Assembly: GCA_011364925.1 (NCBI GenBank)
Contig: RDOA01000002.1
Location: 64,001 to 128,000 of the forward strand
Source: Promethearchaeota archaeon
GTDB taxonomy: Archaea; Asgardarchaeota; Lokiarchaeia; Sigyniarchaeales; SOKP01
Length of the DNA: 64,000 nt
Reading direction: 5' to 3'
In this document: one piece after another, positions 49,273-59,321 of the stretch
How positions within the stretch are numbered: position 1 is the stretch's first letter
Layout: the number at the start of each line of letters is the position of its first letter
The notes under the pieces: model-generated
The model's database searches: none
Told to the model about the DNA's origin: nothing
What the model saw: the letters and a program-made list of their open reading frames with translations, nothing else
Program-made: the position numbers and the translations under genes

Positions 49273-50208
49273 ATGTTATATGAGAATTTTTTTGAAGCAT
49301 TATTAAAATATGCATTTCTTCAACGCGCGTTGTTCACATCTATAATTGTAGGTGTAATTTGTGGTCTTGTAGGTGTGTTTATAATATTACGAGGTTTAAT
49401 TTTTATGGGAGCTGGGATTGCGCATTCTTCTTTCGCAGGAGGTGCGTTAGGGATACTCTTAGGAATAAATCCATTTGTTACAATATTCTTTTTTAGTACT
49501 GGTGCAGCGTTGACAATTGGTTTCATTAATGAGAAGGGTTACGTAGAAGATAATAATGTTGCAGTAGGGATTATTTTTTCCCTTACAATGGCTCTTGCTA
49601 TATTATTTATAAGTTTAATAAGAACGTATAATGCTGCTGTTACTAATATTCTATTTGGAAATGTTTTGGTTGTCACAACCGAAGATATGATTTTACTGAT
49701 TTTTATTAGTATCATAATCATGATGATCGTTTTCTTTATGAAAAAGGAACTATTTTTCATAACTTTTGATGATGAAATGGCAAGTGCAACGGGAATACCA
49801 GTAAGGTTTATTTCTTACATATTTCTTATGTTAATTTCGTTTGCAATTGTAGTCTCTTTGAAAGCAATAGGTGCAATATTGGTTTTTGCGATGATTACAA
49901 CACCAGCAGCATCAGCATACCAATGGAGTTATAAATTAAATCGAATTTTATTACTTTCAATACTATTCGGAGCTATTTCATCATCTGTCGGACTCTATTT
50001 ATCTTATATTCTTAATTTGCCTTCTGGTTCCATGATCACTATGACAATAAGCGTTATTTTCATAATTTCAATCATTTTTTCACCAAAAAGAAAAGCGGGC
50101 AAGGATATTGGGTATAAGCACACATGTAAGGTCTGTGATAAAGTGAGCGTTGAAGAATGCGAGTTTTGTTTAGCAGAAGAACAGAAGAACCATCAAGAAA
50201 TAAAATAA
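49273..50208 (+). CDS. Zn/Mn ABC transporter permease (ZnuB/ABC-3)
   Basis: FMGAGIAHSSFAG, ILFGNVL, FDDEMA, GAILVFAM and LPSG, with a Cys/His-rich tail. Confidence 0.92.
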   Translation: MLYENFFEALLKYAFLQRALFTSIIVGVICGLVGVFIILRGLIFMGAGIAHSSFAGGALGILLGINPFVTIFFFSTGAALTIGFINEKGYVEDNNVAVGIIFSLTMALAILFISLIRTYNAAVTNILFGNVLVVTTEDMILLIFISIIIMMIVFFMKKELFFITFDDEMASATGIPVRFISYIFLMLISFAIVVSLKAIGAILVFAMITTPAASAYQWSYKLNRILLLSILFGAISSSVGLYLSYILNLPSGSMITMTISVIFIISIIFSPKRKAGKDIGYKHTCKVCDKVSVEECEFCLAEEQKNHQEIK

Positions 50209-50239
50209 TTTGAATTTTAGCTAAAAAACATACACATAC

Positions 50240-50773
50240 CTAAGATTGTTTCAAATAAGATTGCTGCTTATTCTCAACATTTTGTTTCAGGTTTTGAGCA
50301 AACTTTTCTGCATGTTTGAGGTCATCAGCATTCGGTCTTCCCTTATTGATACCCCCAAAAAGTTTAAGAAATTTATTAGTGTTAAAGCCTCCACAATTAA
50401 ATTCGTCAACAATCTTATAACCCTTAGATTGCAGCTTTTCCCGAAGTTTTGAGTGATTATGGGACAATATCTCTTTCTCATATAAGGGATCATATTTGAT
50501 TAATCCTCGCGGAGCTCCATCTGTCGAAAATATGAATACTTTCTGGTTTTTACCCTGTGGAAGTTTATCAGCAAGATTTAGCAGAAATTCGTGGTGTTTT
50601 CCACCATATATTCCCGATCCAAAACCTATAAGACTATAATCTTGGATATCACCAAGATCTACTTCTTCTGGTGTTTTTAATTGAGCGTCAAGAACTTCTG
50701 CGAATACATTAGCAATTTTTTCAGTATTTTTATGATGTATTGATTTAACAACCACTAGAATCATCTTTTTCAT
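50240..50773 (-). CDS. Flavodoxin family protein
   Basis: SIHHKNTEKIA, GFGSGIY, FSTDG, EFNCGG and GRPNADD. Confidence 0.85.
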   Translation of the reverse strand: MKKMILVVVKSIHHKNTEKIANVFAEVLDAQLKTPEEVDLGDIQDYSLIGFGSGIYGGKHHEFLLNLADKLPQGKNQKVFIFSTDGAPRGLIKYDPLYEKEILSHNHSKLREKLQSKGYKIVDEFNCGGFNTNKFLKLFGGINKGRPNADDLKHAEKFAQNLKQNVENKQQSYLKQS

Positions 50774-50783
50774 CCCTGACTGA

Positions 50784-50828
50784 TTAATTTATAGTAATCA
50801 CAACACGACCCTTAAAATGCCCCATTCC
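50784..50828 (-). pseudogene. Relic C-terminus of an MDR (NAD(P)-dependent alcohol dehydrogenase/quinone reductase) gene
   Basis: Translates GMGHFKGRVVITIN*, the typical MDR terminal motif, and ends 10 nt before the flavodoxin start. Confidence 0.5.
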
Positions 50829-50950
50829 TCAAAATCCTCTTTCTTTTTATATTTTGTATATTAATTTAACAACTTATTTTAAAAACTTTTTTTATAACTT
50901 ATTTACAAGTTTATTTGATTTAATTTCAAAAAAAAAAAAATTTAAAAATT

Positions 50951-51541
50951 TCATTTTAATTTGTGCACTAAGTAGATAGTTCCTCCGATTAGAGCCGGAA
51001 TTCCGAAAATGATTGCAACCCATAAAATTGCCCAGAGATAGGTAACTACGAAATACTGCAAATTCAAATATTCAAAAGTAGTATTCCAATTGCCATTAAC
51101 AGCAACAATAATCAAAAATGTTATGGTTACTAATGCACTACATCCACTAAATCCATTGGATGTTCTTTTTCCTTTACGATGTTTTTTCTTCTCTCCCTCA
51201 TGTTGTTTATTCATTGCCTTTAATTCTTCACGCTTTTCGAGAGATAGGGTAAACCACATTATGCTAAAAATTATCCCTAAAACAGCAAGTGTGGGTAGCC
51301 CTACTAATAATAATTCTCTAAGAGCCAACATTAAGATATAGACAAAGATTAAACCCATAGACCAGTCATTAAAGGTATAGCTCCAAAAACTCCCTGTCCC
51401 AATTCCAATTTCGTTATGCCAAAGAAATACATATATCCCTGAAATGAAAGCAGCGATAATCACCAGAACAAACGGAACGAGTCTAAACCAATGCTTCTTC
51501 ATTAGAAATTCCCAATACGGCCAAATTTCTTCTTCACTCAT
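50951..51541 (-). CDS. Hypothetical membrane protein
   Basis: Four TM segments with a basic loop, preceded by an AGGTGA ribosome-binding site. Confidence 0.7.
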   Translation of the reverse strand: MSEEEIWPYWEFLMKKHWFRLVPFVLVIIAAFISGIYVFLWHNEIGIGTGSFWSYTFNDWSMGLIFVYILMLALRELLLVGLPTLAVLGIIFSIMWFTLSLEKREELKAMNKQHEGEKKKHRKGKRTSNGFSGCSALVTITFLIIVAVNGNWNTTFEYLNLQYFVVTYLWAILWVAIIFGIPALIGGTIYLVHKLK

Positions 51542-51587
51542 TTTTATTTATCACCTTTTTGTTTTATTTCAGATTTTTTATTTTTGT

Positions 51588-51818
51588 TTAAATTATACTT
51601 ATTACTACATTTCACTTTTTATGCCCATTATCAACATACCTGAGTGCTTCAGCTATGTTTTCTAATGTATATCGTTTATCAATGATTAAGGTTAGAGTTC
51701 CTGCCTCTAGAAGTATTCTGAGAAAATCCATGTATTCCACTTTCTCAGTGGCACCCCCATTTTTAAGTTCCTTTTTACTTACAGGATATAAATTCTCTAA
51801 TTTTGGGAAAAATTGCAT
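51588..51818 (-). pseudogene. Fragment of an MDR/zinc-binding alcohol dehydrogenase C-terminus
   Basis: FLRILLEAGTLTLIIDKRYTLENIAEALRYVDNGHKK*NVVISII*, with TGA at the conserved Gly and the N-terminal part missing. Confidence 0.75.
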
Positions 51819-51838
51819 AGATTGTTCTGATTCTAAAA

Positions 51839-52843
51839 TTATTTATCACCTACATTATTTGTTTTATCTCTATATTTTTCGAGTGCTATCGCCTTATATG
51901 CTTTGGAAATTCCTCCTATGACAACCATTGCTATAACAAATCCAAAAAATCCCCTTATCAAGAAATCTTCAAATGGAACAAATGGTACTAACCCAGGATT
52001 TTCCATTAGAATCACTAAAAGAGGTATATTTAAAACTGAAATGAATATATTTACGCCAATGATGATTTGATGTTTGGTAATTTGCTGATTTCCAATAATT
52101 CCACGAATTAAGTGTAAACCTCCCTCGCAAATTATGAACACTCCAAAAATCCGCAGTATAATTAGAAACTGTGGGTCGATAAGATGAGTAAAGCCTGTTT
52201 CAGGTTGCAATACAAAGATTAATCCAATAGCCATCTGAATTATTCCTCCAACGATTTGACCTTTAGGTTCTAAAAATGGTTTTTCTTCTACAGATGAGAG
52301 TGGTAAGCCCTTTTTCGCTGCCAACTTGACCCTTCTTTTTTCTATCTCGCGTTCCTGTTGCGTTTTTAGATTCTCAGGGAGATACCCCTCCATAGATAGT
52401 GCCACAAATATAAGGGTAACTATCGTAAATACTCCGGTAAGGCCAAAAAGTATCCCAATGATATCAAATTGGAATCTTCCTAAGAAAAGATTAATAATCA
52501 TAAAAACAAAATATACCACTACAACGACAAGAGATAGTATCCCTAAAACTCTCGTATAAAGTGGCCATAAATCTTCTGTTATATAGACTTTAGGCACGCC
52601 TCGGCGTTTATATTCTCTTGCTATACTTTGGGGTGTTCCCATTTGGACAAGAACTTGTTTAATCGCTGATTCCATGGAACTCCCATTATTTGAAAGTTCC
52701 TCAGCCCTATCCCATATATGTTCTTCAATTTCATCCAGGATATCTCCAAGCTCCTGTTTATCCTCTTTTAACCATTCTGGCAATTTTTCTTTAATTTTAT
52801 TAATATATTCTTTGACAGTTTCATTCAAATCATTTTGTTCCAT
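51839..52843 (-). CDS. HAAS-domain membrane protein (PadR-associated)
   Basis: EYINKIKEKLP...ILDEIEEHI...MGTPQSIAREY followed by TM helices. Overlaps the PadR gene. Confidence 0.75.
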   Translation of the reverse strand: MEQNDLNETVKEYINKIKEKLPEWLKEDKQELGDILDEIEEHIWDRAEELSNNGSSMESAIKQVLVQMGTPQSIAREYKRRGVPKVYITEDLWPLYTRVLGILSLVVVVVYFVFMIINLFLGRFQFDIIGILFGLTGVFTIVTLIFVALSMEGYLPENLKTQQEREIEKRRVKLAAKKGLPLSSVEEKPFLEPKGQIVGGIIQMAIGLIFVLQPETGFTHLIDPQFLIILRIFGVFIICEGGLHLIRGIIGNQQITKHQIIIGVNIFISVLNIPLLVILMENPGLVPFVPFEDFLIRGFFGFVIAMVVIGGISKAYKAIALEKYRDKTNNVGDK

Positions 52844-53378
52844 CTTTATTTAACCTCCTTTCCCTTAGTTCTTGTATATTTAATCCACACATATCGCAAT
52901 AAACATTTTCTTGATCTTCTAAATCAATTTTGTTTGCGCAGTTAGGACAATATAAATAACGATCATTCAAGGCAACACTAATACCAAGCAATGGAGAAAT
53001 AGCCTCTGTTAACTTACCATAAAATCCTAACATATGATTGTATACTTTGTTTCCTATTTTTGTTATCGAATACACTTTCCTCATTCTATTATCGACGATT
53101 TTTTTTTCTGATTTAAGAATTCCATTTTCTTCAAGCTTTCTTAATAAAGGGTATAGAGTACCTTCTTCTATTATTAGCATTTCATTCGTCTCTTTTTCAA
53201 GATTTTTCAACAATCCATAACCATGAATTTCTCTATTTTCAGCTTCATTAATTATTGCTAAGATGCACAATGTACTGATTCCCCGATTAATTTCAGATTC
53301 AAATTTTTCTAGATAGTCTCTGATTTCTTGCGAAGCGATTAATGCTTCTTCTCCTAATTTTTTAACTCCTTTTATCAT
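52830..53378 (-). CDS. PadR family transcriptional regulator with C-terminal zinc ribbon
   Basis: HGYGL, EGTLYPLLRKLE, RKVYSITKIG and CPNC...CDMCG. Confidence 0.9.
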   Translation of the reverse strand: MIKGVKKLGEEALIASQEIRDYLEKFESEINRGISTLCILAIINEAENREIHGYGLLKNLEKETNEMLIIEEGTLYPLLRKLEENGILKSEKKIVDNRMRKVYSITKIGNKVYNHMLGFYGKLTEAISPLLGISVALNDRYLYCPNCANKIDLEDQENVYCDMCGLNIQELRERRLNKDGTK

Positions 53379-53544
53379 ATGCTCTCAGCTTTTTTAATTA
53401 ACTTTTTTTATTAGTTTAGTATTTTTTTCATAGTAAACTAATTATACTAAATCACTCACAGTATATAAATCTTTCGGTAGGGATCTCCTAATCACAACTT
53501 ACGAAAATTAAGCTTTTAAGAGTTTAAAATATATAATCATTCAA

Positions 53545-53631
53545 ATGGATGAAATTGATCTAGCCATATTAAAGAAATTAATTATTAACTCACGAATTCC
53601 TTATCGGGAATTAGCAGAAGATATTGGATAA
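53545..53631 (+). pseudogene. Truncated Lrp/AsnC-family HTH fragment
   Basis: MDEIDLAILKKLIINSRIPYRELAEDIG* is the classic Lrp N-terminus but stops after 28 codons. Confidence 0.7.
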
Positions 53632-53686
53632 AGAGAAAAGAGTTTATTTCAAAATTATCTTTAATTCTTCGATAATGCTTCATTAG

Positions 53687-54979
53687 TTAACTTAACTTGT
53701 TCTTTGCCTCTCCTAAACGGTCTAAGATTCTATTTTTTGAATTTACAGCCACAGAGTTCATCCTTTGAGCATTGTGTCTAGATTCAAGATAATGAAAATT
53801 GAAATACATTTTTCCTCTCATTGTATAAACTAAGACAGTGATTGCTCCCAACGCAAAGGATATTGCTCCATAAAATGATTCTATCGAAAATTTTTTGGAA
53901 TCTAAATCAATGCCCAATCGATCTAGAGATCCTAAATTTGTAATTGCAAAAGCTTCTTTAGGAACTACTACTTCGAAAAATAAAGGAGTTAAATCTTTGA
54001 GAACATTTATTGGAACTCCTGTATGAACCATTTTGAAGAGTTTGTACACATTTTTATCTCGTAAGGATATATACAATTTCTTTTGATACCTCTTAACGTT
54101 TTCCCAGAAATCATATTTATCTTTGTATTTCATATCTACTATGGCCGCACCAGCATATAATCCAAAAGCTTCGCCAATTGGATAATTTAATCTCCCTCTT
54201 AGATTTACTGGGTTATTAATAATAGAGATATCCGGCAAGAACGCAGTACAAATCGCACTATGAACTGAAACTCGTCTCGTTTTACATAGGTGAATAAATA
54301 GATCAGTCTCCTCTTTAGATAAGTTCCATGAAATTAATCTCAGATCGTCCTCTTTATAGTCAGAAGCATAATGTAGGTATTCTTTTCTTGTACCATGTCT
54401 GAGAAAGTAATAAGCTTTTAACAAAGATACGAAAAATTTAGCGCGAAAAGCAGATTTTGGGATTTTCTTTCTGATTTTTGTGGGAAATATATCTTCTTTA
54501 TTCATAGGCGAATTAATTGGAGATATTTCAATATTAGGATCATTCAAAAAGTCGACGAGATCTCTCATTAAAAAAGCCATTGACAAACCATCAGTAATTG
54601 TATGCTGAGAACAAAGTATCAGATCACTTCGTTCTAAAGAATGAAGAAGAGTGACTCGAAATAGAGGTTTTACAGGATCGGTCATGTCGAATGGCGTTTC
54701 GAGATTTTTAAGAAATAATTTAGTAGTTTTTGACTCATTTTCAAATTTTAATGCTTCGATAGGGATTTCCTCAACATCTTTTGAGGTAAACCAGTAAAAA
54801 TCTTCACTATTGCCTTCAATTCGGACTTTTAGTAATGGATGTTTCTCTTGAGCTTTCTTTAAAGCCAACTTTAGTTCATCTTCGAAGATTGAACCCCTAA
54901 TCGATAATACAACGACTAAATTGTAAGGTTGTCCAAGAGAGAAATTAAAATATTCTAAATCATTAAGTCTTCTTTCCAT
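53687..54979 (-). CDS. Condensation-domain / PapA5-like CoA-dependent acyltransferase
   Basis: HPLLKVRI, QHTITDGLS (HxxxDG), PVNLR and ITNLG. Confidence 0.8.
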   Translation of the reverse strand: MERRLNDLEYFNFSLGQPYNLVVVLSIRGSIFEDELKLALKKAQEKHPLLKVRIEGNSEDFYWFTSKDVEEIPIEALKFENESKTTKLFLKNLETPFDMTDPVKPLFRVTLLHSLERSDLILCSQHTITDGLSMAFLMRDLVDFLNDPNIEISPINSPMNKEDIFPTKIRKKIPKSAFRAKFFVSLLKAYYFLRHGTRKEYLHYASDYKEDDLRLISWNLSKEETDLFIHLCKTRRVSVHSAICTAFLPDISIINNPVNLRGRLNYPIGEAFGLYAGAAIVDMKYKDKYDFWENVKRYQKKLYISLRDKNVYKLFKMVHTGVPINVLKDLTPLFFEVVVPKEAFAITNLGSLDRLGIDLDSKKFSIESFYGAISFALGAITVLVYTMRGKMYFNFHYLESRHNAQRMNSVAVNSKNRILDRLGEAKNKLS

Positions 54980-55251
54980 CAGAATCTAACTCATTTATTG
55001 AGGAGCCATTTCAATGAAATTACGCTATTCAAAGATATTTATAGTATAAGTATTTATTCATTTGTTTTAATTTTAACTCTTACTCTATCTCCTTTAAAAC
55101 TTCTTTGAGAGAAAATAAAAAAGATAAATCAATACTCTGTCTAATTTTGGAAAAAGATTTAAAATTTAATTACAAGATTGGTGAAATACTTCTACTGGAC
55201 TTTTGTTAAAGGAAATAAAAATGGTTCTTAGAAGAATAGAATAAAAAAAAA

Positions 55252-56445
55252 TTATTTTAACTGTACTTTTGGCGCTTCTTTTAAGTAAGCTGCTTTCCCG
55301 TCTAACGACTCCCAAAAATAATTCGCTACTTCTTGAAACTTTTCTGATGAAAAATCAGGATATACAACTTTTTGCATTAATTCGATATCAATATTCCCGT
55401 CTTTTACGATTTGTTCACCAGCTTTTTTACAAGCATCTTGAATCACATTTCTCCGAATGGAACCAACTGGTTGAAATAGTGTCTCAGAAGCCGTCATATA
55501 GAATTCCCCAACTATAGACATACTATGGTTATGTAAATCCCACATTTTAAACATTCCTCTTAACCCGTCAAAATTATTTTCTAAATCTGGAAAACCGGAA
55601 GCACTAAAAACGACAAATCCCTGTTTCCCTAATTCAGGGTATCTATCGGGATGGGTTATAAAGCCTTGTTTATCACGTATCATATAAGGTTTTAGAAGTG
55701 GGCATAATCTCTCCAAAAATCTTTTTAGAAATGCAGTAACATTAAAAATAAAAAGTGGCGATGCAAAAACAACTAAATCGGCTTCACGATACTTTTTTCT
55801 TAGTATTGTCATATCATCCTTATAGATACATTCTCCTGGCGTTTTTGTCCAGCAGGTATAACATCCGGAACAATCGTGAATATTATAATCTTTTAATTTA
55901 AAATATTCCACATTAGCACCTGCTTCTTTAGCTCCTTCAATAAAGTTGTTTACCATAAAGCTTGTCTTACTTAATTTACTATCCCGCGCTCCACCATCAA
56001 AAACTACTATTTTTCTAATTTTTCCTGGTCCAAAATCTTTATAACTAATTTCAATTTTCTTAAGCTTTGGTTTATCCATCTCTTTCTTAGGTTTTTCTTT
56101 TTCCTTCTTAGTAGGAGAAAATAGATCGTGAAGTTTCATTAATATAGTCATATCACCTTCTACTACATATTCTTTATTGACATATGCCTTAGCGGCTGAT
56201 ATTTCATTATTTGAAATTCCCAGCCATATTTTTGAATCTGCTTTTACTGTAGTATTAGGATTTGGATGTATTCCATATTCAAATAGACACTTTGAATCTT
56301 TGATTGTTAAATATCCATCTAACGGATCCTCACCTGTCAGACAATATTGAATTACAACATCAACCCCTTTTGCTAATTCTTTATTTAAACCATAAGGCAT
56401 CGATTCAAATAAATCCTTTACTGTTTCGAAGTGTCGTTTTTTCAT
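55252..56445 (-). CDS. SCP2 lipid-binding domain fused to iron-sulfur flavoprotein / NADPH-dependent FMN reductase
   Basis: N-terminal SCP2 pattern (VVIQY...AKAYVNKEYVVEGDM), then CSGCYTCWTKTPGEC, DDM and ADLVVFASP. Confidence 0.8.
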   Translation of the reverse strand: MKKRHFETVKDLFESMPYGLNKELAKGVDVVIQYCLTGEDPLDGYLTIKDSKCLFEYGIHPNPNTTVKADSKIWLGISNNEISAAKAYVNKEYVVEGDMTILMKLHDLFSPTKKEKEKPKKEMDKPKLKKIEISYKDFGPGKIRKIVVFDGGARDSKLSKTSFMVNNFIEGAKEAGANVEYFKLKDYNIHDCSGCYTCWTKTPGECIYKDDMTILRKKYREADLVVFASPLFIFNVTAFLKRFLERLCPLLKPYMIRDKQGFITHPDRYPELGKQGFVVFSASGFPDLENNFDGLRGMFKMWDLHNHSMSIVGEFYMTASETLFQPVGSIRRNVIQDACKKAGEQIVKDGNIDIELMQKVVYPDFSSEKFQEVANYFWESLDGKAAYLKEAPKVQLK

Positions 56446-56812
56446 TTTGAATTCCTCCTTTATATTATAATTATTATTATAACTTTTAATTATTTTTAAC
56501 TTTAATAAGTTGGGGGGCTCAAATAAGAGTATGTTCGATAATTAGGGAAAAAAAAGCTTTAGAATCTCACAACCCTCAAATAAAAAGAAAGAAATTTTAG
56601 TGCAATAAGTTAATTAAAAATTTCGATAAAATCCACATTTCTTCCCTCGAATTAATATAATTTAGAACTAAAAATACCATAATATATTTCAATTAGTTGA
56701 AATTTGGGAAAGTATTATTAAAACTTCTAATAAACGAACGAAATCATATAAATTTCAAAATTATTTGACTTATCCTTAATTCTTATTAAATAAATAAAAA
56801 GAAAATGAAAAA

Positions 56813-57562
56813 TTATACTTTGCTGTACTTTTTAAACAATAAGATTCCTATGCTAATAATTACAAGGCTAAAGATTATAAGTATAAACATATCACCCCAA
56901 ATTCTTAAATCATTTAGCGGTACGCCGTTTGAGAGGAGCGTTAAAGCATCAGACACATAATGTAAAGGCATGAACATACTAACTGCCTTAGCTTCAGATG
57001 GCAAGGGATATAACCCAGAGGCAAGCATTTGCTGAGGGAGCACGAAAATTTGAATTATCCCTCCAGCTGCTTTTGCGCTTTTTGCGATAGTTGCCGTTAT
57101 TAATCCAAAACCAATAGTAGACATGGAAAAGATAACCATTAAGACAAACGCAAAGACGGTTCCCTCGACTGATCCACGATATCCCATTAGAAAAGTAAGA
57201 ACGGCAATAATTGCTACTTGAATGATAGACATGGTTACATTTGATAATAAGTGACTTCCTATGAACTCTGTAGCAGTCGTTGGAGTCGTGTTAATTCTTT
57301 TTAACAAACCTTGTTCTCGGTCTTCTGAAAATGATAATGCAACTGGTATTGCCATAAAAAGCGCACTAAAGGCATATAAACCAGGAACAAGTACTTCAAA
57401 TACGCTCTTTCCCAAATCTTCTATGATCACCGATCCAAACATCAGACTAAATATCAATGTTAATACTATTGGGAGTATAAGTATTATAGATAGTGGGGCT
57501 GGTGACCTTATAAGATTTTTATATTGTAGTTTTAGAATAGCGAAAATTCTTTTACTTTTCAT
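56813..57562 (-). CDS. ABC-2 type exporter permease
   Basis: Six TM segments, EDREQGLLKRINTTP and SGLYP...MPLHY. Confidence 0.88.
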   Translation of the reverse strand: MKSKRIFAILKLQYKNLIRSPAPLSIILILPIVLTLIFSLMFGSVIIEDLGKSVFEVLVPGLYAFSALFMAIPVALSFSEDREQGLLKRINTTPTTATEFIGSHLLSNVTMSIIQVAIIAVLTFLMGYRGSVEGTVFAFVLMVIFSMSTIGFGLITATIAKSAKAAGGIIQIFVLPQQMLASGLYPLPSEAKAVSMFMPLHYVSDALTLLSNGVPLNDLRIWGDMFILIIFSLVIISIGILLFKKYSKV

Positions 57563-57564
57563 TT

Positions 57565-58383
57565 TTAAACACCCTCCATAATTCTTCTTCCTGTAATTTT
57601 TAAAAATACTTCTTCCAAGTCTTTTGCACGATGTTCCCTGATCAGATCTTTTGGTGATCCTATCGCAATTAATTTACCATAATCAATTATAGCAACTCTA
57701 TCACAAAGTTCTTCCGCTTCTTCTATATAATGCGTTGTTAAAACTACTGTTTTATTCGATTCCTTTAAAGAGCTAATGAATTTCCAGGTTCTTCGCCTGA
57801 CTCGTGGATCCATTCCAACTGTTGGTTCGTCGAGAAACAAAATGGGAGGGTCACTTATTAGAGCTATAATAAGATTTAATTGTCTCAACATTCCCCCACT
57901 ATATTTTTTTGCTTTTTTATCGCTTGCATCTGATAAACCTAAGAGTTCTAGGAATTCTTTTGACCTATCCTTTATTTCTTGATCATCCATGAGATGTAAC
58001 TTACCGAAAAATTCGATATTTTCCTTAGCACTTAGATATTGATAGACCGCTGCTTGTTGTGGGCAAACACCAATTAATTCTTTGATTTTTCTAAGATTCT
58101 TCTTGACATCATAGCCTCCTATAAAAGCATCTCCTTCAGTTTGATTTACCAAGCCACACAAAATATTTATTATGGTGGTTTTTCCCGCCCCATTTGGTCC
58201 TAATAGCCCAAAAATCTCACCATTCTTTATCGAAAACGAAATTCCATCAACAGCTTTTACTTCTTCTATTACTTTCTTACCTGTGTATATTTTTCTCAAA
58301 TTCTTGATTTCGATAGTATTTTGATTATAAGAAACAAATACTTTTTCACTGCCAAGTAAATCCAAATTTTTAGAATTCAACAT
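57565..58383 (-). CDS. ABC exporter ATP-binding protein
   Basis: GPNGAGKT, YSGGM, FLDEPTVGMD, TTHYIEEAE and LEEVFLKITG. Confidence 0.93.
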   Translation of the reverse strand: MLNSKNLDLLGSEKVFVSYNQNTIEIKNLRKIYTGKKVIEEVKAVDGISFSIKNGEIFGLLGPNGAGKTTIINILCGLVNQTEGDAFIGGYDVKKNLRKIKELIGVCPQQAAVYQYLSAKENIEFFGKLHLMDDQEIKDRSKEFLELLGLSDASDKKAKKYSGGMLRQLNLIIALISDPPILFLDEPTVGMDPRVRRRTWKFISSLKESNKTVVLTTHYIEEAEELCDRVAIIDYGKLIAIGSPKDLIREHRAKDLEEVFLKITGRRIMEGV

Positions 58384-58476
58384 TTATTAACACCTTAATT
58401 TTATTTAATTTTAGCTAAATTTGCTTAAATTAAATGAAAATTCCCGTATATTTAATCTAACGAGTGAAGAACCGTT

Positions 58477-58524
58477 TAGTAAAGGGAGATTAACTAAAAA
58501 AAAGTAGTAAAGAACTCTTTACTA
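58477..58524. promoter_or_regulatory. Candidate operator: perfect palindrome TAGTAAAGA-AC-TCTTTACTA (58505-58524) with a degenerate copy at 58477-58496
   Basis: Lies in the divergent intergenic region between the ABC exporter and the ArsR-TM genes. Confidence 0.55.
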
Positions 58525-58701
58525 TCCCAAATTTCTTTCAAACAAAAAGTTAATCTAGCGTCCAAAGGACTGTAAATAGAGAGAAAATTTTTTTATTTTC
58601 AAAAATCAAATTACTCTCTCTATCATAAAATTAAAAAAAATAAATAGGATTAATCCGAAATAGAATTATAGTAAGATTAAAATTGATTAAAATTTAATTA
58701 G

Positions 58702-59196
58702 ATGGTCAGTATGAGTTTTAATAAAAAAAGCCCAGAAGAAATCCCTACTTCTGAGGAAGATGAAATTTTCAAGCTGTTAACACACCCAACTCGCCGTAAT
58801 ATCATAAAAGTCTTGGGAGAACGAGACCTCACTTTTTCACAAATTCAAAAGAATTTAGAAATTGACAGTCCAACTCTTTCCTATCATCTCAAAAGCATGA
58901 ATCCATTTGTAATTCAAAAAAAAAATAAATATTCTTTTTCAGAAATTGGAAGAGCTGCTTTATTTCTCCTTACAAAAACAGACCAATCAATAAAAATGTC
59001 TCGTTATAAGAGAAATTTCATTTATGCTTATGTGATAACTCTATTATGTTGGGCAACGGCAGAAATTTTAACCCCTCTTGCCTTTTGGTTTGTTTCACCT
59101 AAAGATCTTTCTAATATAATAATACAAATAACAATAAATGTAATTTGTGCAATTAATTTAATTGTGCTTGGGCTCTTAAGAAATCGATATACTTAG
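58702..59196 (+). CDS. ArsR-type wHTH regulator with two C-terminal TM helices
   Basis: IFKLLTHPTRRNII, TLSYHLK and a hydrophobic C-terminus. Confidence 0.85.
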   Translation: MVSMSFNKKSPEEIPTSEEDEIFKLLTHPTRRNIIKVLGERDLTFSQIQKNLEIDSPTLSYHLKSMNPFVIQKKNKYSFSEIGRAALFLLTKTDQSIKMSRYKRNFIYAYVITLLCWATAEILTPLAFWFVSPKDLSNIIIQITINVICAINLIVLGLLRNRYT

Positions 59197-59321
59197 CTAT
59201 CAAACAGAAAAAGCTTTTATGAACTAGTTTTAAATTGTCCCCCTTATTTTAAGTGTACCCTTTCTTTAAAAACTTGTACTCATATAATTTATTTAATATT
59301 CGAAATTTGTTATTGAGTATA

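Noticed and set aside
51612-51614. In-frame TGA followed by conserved sequence, as possible selenocysteine recoding
   Set aside because: It replaces a conserved Gly (GGA to TGA), not a Cys, and the gene lacks its N-terminal part. A pseudogene is the simpler reading.
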